Shown piece by piece: positions 1 to 12,449 of a stretch of 64,000 bases of DNA. The first letter of the stretch is position 1, and each line of letters opens with the position of its first letter. The position numbers and the translations under genes were made by a program. Origin of the DNA: Elsinoe ampelina (Eukaryota); the NCBI GenBank assembly GCA_010093995.1, contig ML992508.1, positions 840,506 to 904,505 on the forward strand, in the 5' to 3' direction. The notes under the pieces were generated by a model, which was not told the DNA's origin, made no database searches, and was given only the letters and a program-made list of their open reading frames with translations.

Positions 1-2013
1 TAAGAAGTCTATAGTGTATTTAAGACTAATAGCGTCTTCTCTAAGTACGTCGTGTAAGTAGATAGTATAGTACTATTCGTAATCTAGATTTATACATTTC
101 TAGAGCGATATATAATATACCTTTCCTTATAGTATACTATAAGAGCTAAAGGTAAGACTACTATATTATTGTATAGCACTTGCGTCCTAATACTTCGTCT
201 TAATAATCGTATATTAGTAATTATTACTAACTATCTTCTAAGGTTAGTTACTATTACTACTAATTATAGAGAGCTCTTCTAGGTTAGGTTCCTAGTCTAG
301 CTATTTCGTTAGTTGCCTACGCTTAGATAGCTTATATAGGAACTAACTAGATCCCTACTTATCTAATAAGTAAATATAATAAGAGTTATTATAATATACT
401 ATCTATAATAGTGTTACGTGTTAGCTTTATTATTTACTATTAGTTATAGAGATGTTAAGTATAATATCTAGAGAGGATTCTACTACCTCTCGAGTTATTA
501 TAGACTTCTTCTATGTTTTCTTGCCTATACTAAAGGTCGTTAGGTCTTCTATAGTAGTGTCGGCCTTTTTTTCTACTAGCCCGGCAACTATTATATATAA
601 TTCATCGGCTAGCGCCCCTTACTAGTAGTCCCTAGCCTAATACCTAGGTCTTTTATACTTAAAACATAGGTTGTCTCGTCTATACTTCTCTCTCTCTTTT
701 CTACTAAGGAACTTTCCTCTATAGCCGCGGCCTTATATCTATAAGGGGTAGCCTTCGCATATAGTATTAAGTTCTATAGAGTCTCTATAGTTTCGAGAGG
801 AACGTGTATATCTAGTGTTTACCTTATATCCTCCGCGACGTTCTATATGTCGTTTATAAAGTTAGTTATTAATAGCAATTATAGTATCTACTAGTTCTTA
901 GAGGCTATTAGGCGGCTCGGGTATTATTTAGTCTTTAACCGAGTTACTTAGTCCTTAGTAGAATACTAAATGTTTAGCACTATTATTCTAGTCTAGGTAT
1001 ATTACGAGTTATTAAAACTAGAAATAGTACTAGGCTATAGACCTACGTTGTTATAGTTGTTAAATCTTTGTCGTAGTAACGTGCTCCTTATTAGATACGT
1101 TAAAGACTTATTTAATCTTTGCCTAAAAGATGTTAAAGCTCTTAAAGATAGCCTTTGTATCTAGGCTTAGTTATCTATCTAGGTAGCTACTTATATAAGG
1201 CTCGAACTACCCGAAGGTAGCGCCTTTAAGGTATATCCCGGCATAGAGGACCTTTACTATGTCGTTAGCGTACTTGTCTCTCTCTAGGGCAAAGAAGGCT
1301 TTAAGTTAAACAAGAAAGTGCCTTAAGTAGGCGCGGTCTCTATAGAAGAGTTCTACTTCTAACTTAGGCTTGCTTTGTCTTTCTATACTAAAAGACCTTC
1401 TATGTTCGCCCGAGGTTAAACTAGTAGTAGACATGTCGTTAATAGTAAGCTTTCCTAGCTTACTAGCGATTAAAGATGCTAATAGTAACTTAGAGCGAGA
1501 GTTACTTATTAACCTTATAGCGTGCTATACTATAGTAAGGGTAGTTAAAATGTCACGAACTGTCTAAATATAGCCTACACTAGTAGTCTAAGCTAAGCTA
1601 AGAATAAGGTAGTTCTACTTCTATAGTAGTATAGCACTAAGGTAAGAGTTAGAGAAGGTATATCTTATAGATAATAAAGTACAATTAGATAGTATTATAA
1701 GGGCTAGCCTTAGCAATACTAGTGTTCGCTATCTAGACGAGGTTAACTATAGTACTTATATAAGGTAAGGACTGCTCCTATATACATATATTCTTCCCTA
1801 TGTACTCTATGTACTCTATACACTCTATAGCGAGAGTTAGGGGCAACATAGAGTATATATCTACTAGTAACCTACGTGCTCTATAGTCCCTAGAGTAGAG
1901 CTACTAGAGAAGATAGAGAACTAGGTAAACGTCGAGCTAGGTTACGTAATAACCTTAGTAGTTTAATTAGTCCTAACGTCCCTACGCTTTAGCTGTCCTA
2001 CTAGTTTGTAACA
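1..2013 (-). mobile_element. Partial Ty3/gypsy LTR retrotransposon (family B, copy A): 5' LTR plus gag; continues off the left edge
   Basis: 1-2013 aligns by eye with ~16355-18360; de-RIPed CCHC knuckle (CFKCKRPGHQARDC) on minus at ~620-680; ends in LTR 1551-2013. Confidence 0.9.
1551..2013 (-). repeat. LTR, family B (463 bp, TG...CA)
   Basis: Starts TGTCACGAAC, ends GTTTGTAACA (short inverted termini); homologous to 11367-11829 and 17907-18360. Confidence 0.92.
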
Positions 2014-2287
2014 CCTTCCTACTATCCCCTAATATACTACACTAGCTTAATATGCCTTTATAATTCCTTTTAATCGAGGGTAATAGGCCTCTTATTAAGT
2101 TCTAAATTATATATAAGTATTATAACTAGCTTAAAGTACTCTAGTAGCTATTAAGGTATAGCTATATACTATTACTAAGAATACTCTAGTGCCTCTTATA
2201 AGGCTAGTAGATCTCTATATATCTAAGGGCACTAGTAAATCCTAAGCTTCTCTATAGCGTAAAGGAGCTATTCTACCTATATATTAG

Positions 2288-2460
2288 TATAAGAGTAGAT
2301 ATATAGCAACGTATAGAACCACCGATATCTATAAGCTAGATAGATAAATAAACTAATAGCTACCTTTGTTCGTGGTAGCTAGAGGCTATATAGAAGGTAG
2401 CTAGAGAGAGTTTATTACGTAATAGACTTAGCTAGAGCTATATATTAAGTCTCTTTTATA
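2288..2460 (-). repeat. 3' LTR, family A (173 bp)
   Basis: Direct repeat of 10512-10684 (tataag..gtatagaaccaccgatatctataagctag..tata). Confidence 0.9.
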
Positions 2461-3846
2461 ATTATTTCCCCTCTATATTTAATTGCCCTCGATTAAACCG
2501 CATCCTTCGTAGGCCTCTAATCGCTATTATAGGCCTCTCCTTTAAGGGTAGATTAGTATTCCTTATATAGAGAAAGAACTTAGCTTCTTTATTTACTCTC
2601 TATATCTATTATATCTTTATTTACTAACAATACTAATATATTAAGGCAAATATAGCTCTCCTCTAATAGCTATTCTTTGTATTATAAGCTAAAGCATTCG
2701 TTGCTTTAAGAAATAACTAGTGCTTTAGCAAATATATAGAATTAGTTTATTTACTATATAGAACTCTCTTAGAGGTCCTAAGTAAGTATTATATATCGAC
2801 ACTTTATAACGTTAATCCTTAATACTACTATCTCCTAGAAGATAGCGACGTATATAGATTTACCTTCTATGTTTATTATGTTATATAGTAAATAGAATAA
2901 TTATCTCCTCTTTATATTTAATTACTCTTAATTAAACTATATTCTTTATAGGCCTCTAATTACTATTATAGGCCTCTCCTTTAAGAGTAGGTTAGTATTT
3001 CTTATATACGTTACAAAAACACTTTTCGTAGGGAATTGTATTAGATTACATTAGATTGTGTTAGAAATAGACCTAGGGGTTTTTTTGCTTAGAAGTGCTT
3101 AGAAGTGAATTAGAACTACGTTTTTCTACTTTCCTGCTTTCAATTTAGAATTTCTTAGCATATATTATATATTATAATAAACTAGAAAAAATTCTACGTT
3201 TTTTGATATATAATTTGCTTATGTAATATAACTAGATTATTTTTAGAATTAGACTTAAAGTTTAAACCCTTATTTACTAGTACTTAGAGTAGTATTATGT
3301 AAGCAAACTATATATCAAAAAATGTAGAATTTTTTCTAGTTTATAATAATATATAGGGAAAGTAAATTTACTCTAAATAGACACGTAAAATCGCGAAAAA
3401 CGCGAAAATAGTACGAAAAATAGTAAGGTAATATAACTCTTTTAGAATTTTCCAACGCAATCCTAAGCAATAAACCTAATTCCCTAACTCCCTACGAAAA
3501 GTGTTTTTGTAACGTAGGGGAAGAACTTAGCTTCTTTATTTACTCTCTATATCTATTATGCCTTTATTTACTAACGATACTAATATATTAAGGCAAATAT
3601 AGCTCTCCTCTAATAGCTATTCTTTATATTATAAGCTAAAGTATTTATTGCTTTAAGAAACAACTAGCGCTTTAGTAAACGTGTAAGATTAGTTTATTTA
3701 CTATATAGAACTCTCTCGAAAGTCTCGAGTAAGTATTATACATCGATACTTTATAATATTAATCCTTAATACTACTATCTTCTAGAAGATAGCGATGTAT
3801 ATAGATCTACCTTCTATGTTTATTATATTATATAGTAAATAGAATA
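2461..3846. repeat. Tandem duplication of a 439-bp unit (2461-2899; 2900-3846, second copy interrupted by a MITE)
   Basis: Both units start atta(t/c)..cc.ct.tatatttaatt and end aatagaata; lengths are equal after removing the 508-bp insertion. Confidence 0.88.
3009..3514. mobile_element. MITE / non-autonomous Tc1-mariner-type element (506 bp)
   Basis: Perfect 26-bp TIRs CGTTACAAAAACACTTTTCGTAGGGA (3009-3034, reverse complement 3489-3514); TA on both sides; the paralogous empty site (~2567-2570) has a single TA. Confidence 0.9.
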
Positions 3847-5399
3847 CGCCTATATAGACACCTCTTACGCTCTAATATATTAGTCCTTTCTATATATAGC
3901 TTCTTAAATACCTTAGTAAGTACTATAGCTCCTAGAGCTTCTCGGGCACTACTACTACGTATTACCCCTTACTACTACTATAGTAACTACATCGGGGATA
4001 TAATTAGTAAGTCTCTAGCACCTTACTAGTAGTTCTCTAGAGGCGCTACTAACATTTACTAGATACTCTCTATAACTACGACCTAGGGGTTACTAAGACT
4101 TATACTTACTATAAGTATATAAAGGTTACTTACTATAACATTAATAACGCTATTCTACTAGACCGCGTTAATAATGCCTATAGCGCTATCTAGTACTATA
4201 ACTATATTTCCTAGAACTCTACTAACCTTATATCTATTAAGAAGTATAACTACTACACTAATAAGTATATTAAGGCTATAAACCTTATTAAGGAACGTAA
4301 GTAGACTAAGGGTATATAGAACACTTATACTAGTACTAATATTACCTCTCTCTAGAGAGAGGACTTAGAGCGTACTAAGGTTACTAAAATATATAGCTTA
4401 TACCTTACTATTAAAAATGTTACTACTATTCTCTATGCTATAGATATTAACCTTATTAAGGGTGTTCTTTACTACTAACTTATCTATAGTACTACTCTAG
4501 TAAGGACCTTTTAGTAGCTTTAACTCTCTTCTACGTAGATATTTATAGAAAGAAGTATAAGGCTAAGAAGACTACTAGGTCTCCGGAGCCTAAGAAGCCT
4601 ATTAAGCCTACTACTTCTAAGAAGCCTAAGGCTAAGAAACTCGCTACCCTAGCTAAGAAGCCTACTATATCCTCTAGTAAGGGCACCTAGGCTACTACGC
4701 TAGCTACCTCTATTTACTACTCTTTCTACTTAAACTATAATACTAATATAGCTAATACTAACGCTAATAGCAATAATAAGAGCTTTATATCTCCTAGTAG
4801 CACTATTAGGCGTAATTTGCCTATAAGTGTCTAAGCCTACAAAGCTTCCGCTAGTAATTTAGTTAGCTTCTATACTAGTTTTATAGTTAACTACTTCGCT
4901 CTCGAGACTTGCTTCCTTACGTTCTTTAGTAGTAATAAGGCTTATTAGCGTTATATCGACCTACTAGCTAAGTCTCTTAAGCTCCCTAAGGGTAGTAACG
5001 CTTATTAGGCTATAGCTAACTACTACTATACTATTAGGTACTTCCTCGTTACTATTCTCTCTATAGATAATCTCTACGCCTTTACTATTAGTACCTACGA
5101 GATGCCTAACTTTAGTAATAAGACTATAGAGAATCTAGTAGCTTACGAGACTAACCTATAGCTAAGGTCTAGAGTAGAGAACTCTATCGTTACTACCTAC
5201 TAGAATATATATAAGAATACTCTCTACGCCGCTAAGTAGAGTAGTACTAAGTAAGACTAGGTAGTTAGTGCCTTAAGCGTAGAGTTAGAGAGTTATAGTA
5301 GATAGATTCTTAAAATATATAGTCTATACTACCTATATTTACCTCTATACTCTCTTTATAACTCTTCTATTAGCCTTCTAGCTAACGTTCGCCTAGTAC

Positions 5400-8300
5400 T
5401 TAGTTACTACCTCCGAGGCATTCTCTAATATCTCTTCTAGTTCCTAGGTTACCTCTAATAGAGTATAGCCTTTCTAGAGCACCTTTAGGAACGTGTCTTC
5501 TTTCTACCGACTATGCTCTAAGATCTACTCTACTTTATATTCTATACTATTATTTACCTCGACTAGCTTAGAATCTACCTTAGTACTCCTATAGAAGTTA
5601 TATAGCTTAAGTAAGAAGATATAGAACACGTTATAGATATAGGACCCCTCTAGTAACTATAACTAGTATACCTAGGCTCCTATAGAATCTAGTACCTTAA
5701 ATAGTCTAAAGTACTTTAGCGCTAGCTTATGTTTTACTACTCTTAGCCTTAGGTTCTTAGTAGATAGAAGAACTCTATCTTCTATATTAAAGAATATTAG
5801 CTTACGCTACTTATTATAGAAGTCCTTCTACTACTTCTAAGCTTACTTCTAGCGCTTCTATAAGCCTTACCTTATCGAGACTAGAGCGGCTATATAATCT
5901 TATATAGCTAGTACTTCCCTCTAAGAGAAATACTCTTAGTCCCTATTCGGATCTCCCTTAGTATTCTTACTAGTGTATATCTTAAATAGGGACATTTATA
6001 ATGTCTTATTCTAGGAGATATTTACTGCGTAAGCTACTATCTTTAACTAGTAAGACTAATCCGATTAGTTCTATACTCTATAATAGTGTAGATACTAGAT
6101 TAGAAATCTATTTTATTATTCTATTTATCTATCTATTTAAGGGTAGAAAGTAGTTAATAAATGCCTTACGAATTGTAATTCGTAGGTAAACGTTTACTAA
6201 TAGGCTATAGTAAAGACTATTCTATAGTCTAATACTACTCCTTCTAGAATACTATACTCTAGTATAATTCGATTAAAAAATAGCTCGGTAAGCTACTAGG
6301 CTATAATTGTCTTCTAGTACGGGATATACTTTACTATCTTAGTAAGTTAATCTACTACTATAAGTACTACGTTATATACTATACTATTTAGCTTACTTAG
6401 AGACATATCTATAATAAAGTCTATTATTAATTCTTTTTATAGCGCCTTAGACATTAGTAAATTTATAAGCTTACTATAAGAGGCATAGGTCCGAGTCTTT
6501 ATAGTTTAGTAAACATAGTACGTCTTAACATAGTTATCGACGTTATAATATATACTAGGCTAGTAGTACTTTCTAGCTAAGAGTTTATATATTTTGTTAT
6601 AAGCGAAGTAACTACTATTAAACTTATCGTAGTGCTACTATAGTAACTCTATATAGAGTGCTATATCTTCTAGTATATATATAGTATTATCCTTATATAG
6701 AAGTTTACTCTTCTAATACTATACTAGGGAGCCTCTATTAGCTCTCCGAATAGGAGAGTTTACGCGCTACTATACTATTAAATTCTACTTCTATAGACTA
6801 TAGATAGCTTCGAGAAGCTAGTTACTAGAACTCTCTCTCTATAGATTTTCCCCTTCTATTACTACTATAGTAGCGATATAAGGCATTAATCTTAGCATTA
6901 TGCCTAATTAGTATAGCCTTACCTCTCTATGCTTTAACTACTTACTTTATAGCTAGTTAGGCTAGTTAGCTTCTAGGGAACTACCCCTAGCGTCCTTAGT
7001 GTCTTCTTTATGTTTAGACTTATTTTCTAGAAACCTCTCGAGGTCTCTCTAGTTCTTATTTATGTCTAAATAACTAGTGTATACTACGTAGATAGTTATA
7101 TCTACGTCTTTTTCTAAAGTAGCGCCCTTTAAGTATTCTAGTAAAGATACGTAGATCCGCTATACTATATTGCCTATAGCTAGCTAGCTAGCCTCTAGCT
7201 TCGACTATAAAGTTAGTAGACTATTTATAAGGCCTGTCTTATCTACTATTAGGTTAGAATAATATAAGGGAGTATCTACTAGGTTCTTAGAGCCCGCGTA
7301 GTACTTAATTATAAAGTTAAATACCTGTAGATATATAGCCTACTAGGCCTAGCGACTATTTAAATACTTAGTCGTTATAAAGTACCTTAGGTTATTATAA
7401 TTAGAGATTACCTAGACTAGGTCTAGAGCACTCTTATAGTAGTGTCTCTACTACTTAAATGTCTCTATAATAGAGAGAAGCTCCTAATTATAGGTCTCGT
7501 AGTTCTATTCTATAGAGAGTAGCTTATAAAACTAGAAAGTAATAGAGTACTATTTACTAGTGTCTCTAACTAGAACTAACTAGGAGATAATTACTTCGAG
7601 CGCTAGCTTAGATACGTTAGTCTCGATCTTAATTAGCCTAGACAGCTCGTAGTGCCTAAGTACTAGCGCCTTAGTAAAGGTCTTCTAGATAGCCTTAAAT
7701 GCCTTTTGTTCTAGAGTAGCTTACTTCTAGAGTACTAATTGCTTTTCTTTCTATAACTCCTTAAATAACGCTATTAAGGGCTCTATAATCTTTAAATAGT
7801 TCTAGATAAACCTTTAATAGAAGTTAGTAAAGCCGAGAAACTACTATACCTTATAGTAACTCCTAGGGGTCGGCTAATCCGTAATTATAGAAACTCTCTA
7901 GAGGTCTATTATAACTCTCTTAGTAGTTACTATAAAGCCTAAGAACTTAACTTCCTTTTTAAAGAAGTTATACTTCTTTAGGTTCGTATATAACGTAAAC
8001 TGCCTTAACCTCTCTAGTACCTTCTCTAGGTGCTTCTTATACTTCTCTATAGAGTTACTATAGATTAGAATATTATCTAAATATACTATATAGAAGTTAT
8101 TAACTAGCCCTATAAGTGCTTAGTTAATATAGGCCTAGAATGTAGCTAGGGCGTTAGTTAAGCTAAAAGGTATAACTATATACTTAAAGTAGCTATAGTA
8201 AGTTTAGAAAGTAGTTTTCTACTTATCTCTAGCCTTAATCCTAATATAGTAGTATATATCCTTTAGATTAAGCTTAGAGTATACTACTACTCTACCTAGT

Positions 8301-10400
8301 CTATTAAGCATCTTACTAATTAAGGGTAAAGAGTGTCGATTCTTAATAGTAATAGCATTTAAGCTATAGTAGTTAACGTATAGGCGTAGACTACTATCTT
8401 TCTTTAGAACGAAAAGAATTAGCACGCTAGCTAGACTCTCTAACCTATAGATCTATCCTTTAGCTAGTATATTATCGAGGTACTTATAGAGTACTATAAG
8501 TTCCTTCGCTAAGAAGTTATAAAGGGGTTAGAAGAGAGGTTATTTCTCTTCTGTTAGATTAATAAAGTACGCTACACTATCTGTAGTATATATATATATA
8601 GAGTTAATAATAAATATATTACTAAACTCTTTTACGTAGGGTAGTAGGTTTATAGCTCTACTAGGTAGTTCCTCCGTAAAGGATCTAGCTACCTTCTAAA
8701 CTATCGTATCTAGTGTTATATCGGACACTACTAGAGTAAATCCTTAGTTCCTAGCAAGTAGAAGGTTTATAAACTCCTTTACTTATACTACTCTAACGCT
8801 AGTAATATTATAGCTATATCTCTACTAGTTAGTATAGCTATCTATTATAACACCTTAGTTATAACGCTATAGCCTACTAAGAATAATAGGAGAGCTAGTT
8901 TCTAATATATAGAAAATGCCTTTTAACTCTTATATTACTCTAGTGTTATCTATAAGGCATAAGTCTACTTCGTAGGCGCTATAATAGTAAGCCTCCTTTC
9001 CCTAGAAGTCTCTTACCTAAGGGTACTCTACGTCTGTCTTTTGTAAGTTATACTAGAGTATAAACGCTAGATTAATAATATTAATATTAGCTATATTATC
9101 TAAGAGTACCTTAACCTCGACCTTACTATCGGGGCTAAGAACTAGGCTCGAGCGAGCCTATACCGGAAGTACTATAGGAGCTCTATAGCTTTAAGATAGG
9201 CTTCTCTAGTATTCTATAATATGTTATATAGGTATAGGTATACTACTCTCTACCTTTATATTTCTAACGTTACTACCTCCCTCGCTACTACTATTCTAGC
9301 TCGAATCTAGCTTCTTAGAATAGGAGTAGGTATAGTGCTCTTTCTTATAATAGTAAAGATACTTACCTATAGGACCTCCTTAAGAATCATTTCCGCCGCC
9401 GGCCTAATAGCTAGCCCTCTAGTAAGTACCTCTCTACTAGCTCTTACTCTTACCCTTACTCTTCTACTTATCTCCTTCTTCGCCCCTAAAGCACTTCCTA
9501 TAATTACTACTAGACGTCTCTAGGGAGGCTCTATAGCGCTTCTATTAGTTGTAGTCTTTACTCTAGATAAGGTTCTTAAGAGTAGAGGCTTATATAATAA
9601 GCTCTATATAAGTAGTTAGTATATTAGAGAACTATAGAATCTACTTATATAGATTAGGTAATAGTTTAGCTAGGTAGTACTAAGCTAGGTACTTACTATT
9701 ATACTTTAGCTTAATTATCTCTTCTAGAGATACTAATTAATTAAAGAACTTCTAGGCGCTCTTATTGTTCTTCTAGTAGTAGCTATAATAGGATAGAACT
9801 ACGTTTATCTCTTAGTTAATAGAGTCTTCTACTTAATTATTAACGAAGCTTAAGAAGTCTCCTTTATATAAGAGACAATACTAGTTTATTAAGTCTAGTA
9901 TATAGAGGCGTTTCTACGTCTTATAGAGAGATAGAGAAAGGTATATTACTATGTAAGTAATACGTTATTAGTCCGAATTCTCCGGATTAGAGAACTACGT
10001 CGGTTCGTAGTTAAAGACTATCTAGAGGCTCCTTCTAAAGGCCTAAGTCTCGGAGATGCTCTTAGCCTTATATAGCTCCGGCTCCTTAGCCTTAGTTAAT
10101 GGCCCCCTAGTTATTAGCGTTATAGATTAACCTATAGTAGGTAGATCTATTAATACTAGCTCTAGAGGTACTAAAGGAACTACTTTAGTAGTTATCTAGC
10201 CTCTAGCTAGAGTAGTACTAGTATATTAAAGTCAATTATAGTCCTATACTAAATTTTTAACTTTATCTAGCCGGGCTATTATTACTTCTAATATAATAGC
10301 TACGTAGCTACTATTACTACTAGTAGGAGTATACCTCTCTCGGCTATCTCTATTATCTTCTAGCTCTTCTAATATTCTTAACTAAGAACGTAAGACGTTC
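5400..10400 (-). pseudogene. gag-pol of chromovirus family A (gag CCHC, protease, RT, RNase H, integrase, chromodomain)
   Basis: De-RIPed motifs: CLHCHKEGHYARSC ~9310-9365; LLD..A.INI ~9080-9110; LRL.V.Y..LN..T.KNR..LPLI 8219-8425; YLD.I ~8070; STAFHPQTDGQTE ~6120-6160; GPF/IHNVFHVSLL ~5600-5720; EYEVEQIL..VLWKGY..TWEP ~5420-5550. Ends approximate. Confidence 0.88.
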
Positions 10401-10511
10401 TTAATAATACTACTATCTATCTAGACAAGTTTCGAATTAGAATAATCTTATATAATTTAATTGTCTATAGTAATAATTCTATAGGCTACGACTAAAGAGA
10501 GCTATTAGAAC

Positions 10512-10684
10512 TATAAGGGTAGGTATATAGTAACGTATAGAACCACCGATATCTATAAGCTAGATAGATAGATAAACTAATAGCTACCTTTGTTTATAGT
10601 AGCTAGAGGCTATATAGAAGGCAGCTAGAGAGAGTTCGTTACGTAATAGACTTAGCCGGAGCTATATACCGAGTCTCCTCTATA
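10512..10684 (-). repeat. 5' LTR, family A (173 bp)
   Basis: Direct repeat of 2288-2460, followed by TSD ATTAG. Confidence 0.9.
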
Positions 10685-11366
10685 ATTAGCTAATAAGAGA
10701 CACTAGATATATTAAAAGAGTAAGGCTTTAAGATATCTTTAGACGTACTAAAGCGCCTATATAAGGAGGTAGGCCTTATCTATCGAATCGATTATAAAGA
10801 GAATAAAATTAAATATAAGCGAATATAGTAGCTATTATAAAGCAAATATAATACTAGTAGTATTAAGAATTAGAGCTTTAGCTATATCTATACTTATATA
10901 AGGTAGAAGTATAGAATTATTAGAAGGTATTATATATTTATAATATGTTCGCTAGTCTCTTTACTAACTACTAACCTAGCTAACGCCTCTACTATACTAT
11001 AATTATAATTAATTCCTTAGCGTTCTAGACTTATAGTAACTAGCGACCTATAGGTTATAGCGTATAAGACGTACTAGAGCCTAACTATACCTAGTCGATA
11101 GATGCCTATTATAAGCTTAAAGAGTATAGTATTAAAATTTATACTATAATTAATAAATTCTTATACTATATCGTTTAGACTTATATAGGCTTCTTAGTAT
11201 AGAAAGTAGTATTAATTATAAAGTAGTATACTACTATTACTATAGCCTATAGCTAGATACTCCTTAAGATCTATATAGATAGAAAGGGTAAGACTATAAT
11301 AGTCTCTTAAGCTTATCTCGATACTTAGTATCTACTTAGTAGTATCTATTTAGACATAGACGAGGC

Positions 11367-11829
11367 TATTACGAACCGTCTAAATATAGCCTACGTTAGT
11401 AGTCTAAGCTAAGCTAAGAACGAGGTAGTTCTACTTCTATAGTAGTATAGCACTAAGGTAAGAGTTAAAGAAGGTATATCTTATAGATAATAAAGTACAA
11501 TTAGATAGTATTATAAAGGCTAGCCTTAGCAATACTAGTGTTTACTATCTAGACGAGGTTAACTATAGTACTTATATAAGGTAAGGACTATTCCTATATA
11601 CTTATATTCTCTATTGTATACTCTATATACTCTATATACTTCGTAGCGAAAGCTAGGGGTAGTATAGAGTATATGTCTACTAGTAACCTACGCGCTCTAT
11701 AGTCTCTAGAGTAGAGCTACTAGAGAAGATAGAGAACTAGGTAAATGTTAAGCTAGGTTACGTAATAACCTTAGTAGTTTAATTAGTCCTAATATCTCTA
11801 TACTCTAGCTGTCCTACTAGTTTATAATA
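11367..11829 (-). repeat. 3' LTR, family B (463 bp)
   Basis: Homologous to 1551-2013 and 17907-18360. Confidence 0.92.
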
Positions 11830-11903
11830 TTACTCTTCTCCTTTAATCGAGTTGTTCTAACAAGTAAGTATTCTTCTCTATCTTTATGCGCTATATACTA
11901 AAT

Positions 11904-12434
11904 ATGCCTCCTAGTTGTCGAAGGTATAGTAAATCTAGTATATCTATACGAAAGAATCTTTCGAAGTTTATTAAACTATTCAGAACTAACATGCTATAGG
12001 CTTATTCTCGTTATAAATCGAAGGGGCTAGACTATAAGGTCTATATTTAGTCGGGTATCTATAGCTAGTGTGTCGTAAGTAACTACTTAGGTTATAATAT
12101 TTAAGTAACAAAATTAGAATAGTAGCGTCTCTAGTCTAAGTATATTTATTTACGAAAGGAATTAGTTATAGCTAAGGCTACTAGAAAGGAAGCTAAAGAG
12201 ACTTATAAAAAGGCAAAAGAGGCTTATTAAAGAGCTATAGGCGATAAGCTTCGCCTACGTAAAGAGATATAGAAATTAGAGAATAAGGTAGAGAAAGTAA
12301 TCTCTCTAGAGGAGACTCGTATTTAAGTCCTAGAGTAGGAGGAAATACTATCGTTAGTAAATCCTGTCCTACTATAGGATTAGTAATTATTTATGCCTAA
12401 CTCCGACTAGGGTTCTCTATTTAGTAACGATTAA
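11904..12434 (+). pseudogene. Antisense extra ORF of retrotransposon family B: Zn2Cys6-like motif plus coiled coil (RIP-inactivated)
   Basis: Single frame from ATG 11904; all stops are TAG/TAA; five TAT and one TGT codons give C-x2-C-x6-C-x8-C-x2-C-x7-C when TpA is reverted to TpG; followed by an E/K/R/L/A-rich helical segment. Confidence 0.65.
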
Positions 12435-12449
12435 GGTACTTCTATTAGC

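Larger units (their letters stand above)
2288..10684 (-). mobile_element. Complete RIP-inactivated Ty3/gypsy chromovirus (family A), 8.4 kb
   Basis: 173-bp LTRs at 2288-2460 and 10512-10684; 5-bp TSD ATTAG at 2283-2287 and 10685-10689; polypurine tract (minus) at 2461-2474; gag-pol motifs on minus. Confidence 0.92.

Noticed and set aside
1370..1567. 65-aa + strand ORF (also 9335-9523 +)
   Set aside because: Antisense to RIP-degraded gag; chance open frames.
8219..8425. RT-like ORF as a functional gene
   Set aside because: Short stop-free remnant of the RIP-inactivated pol.
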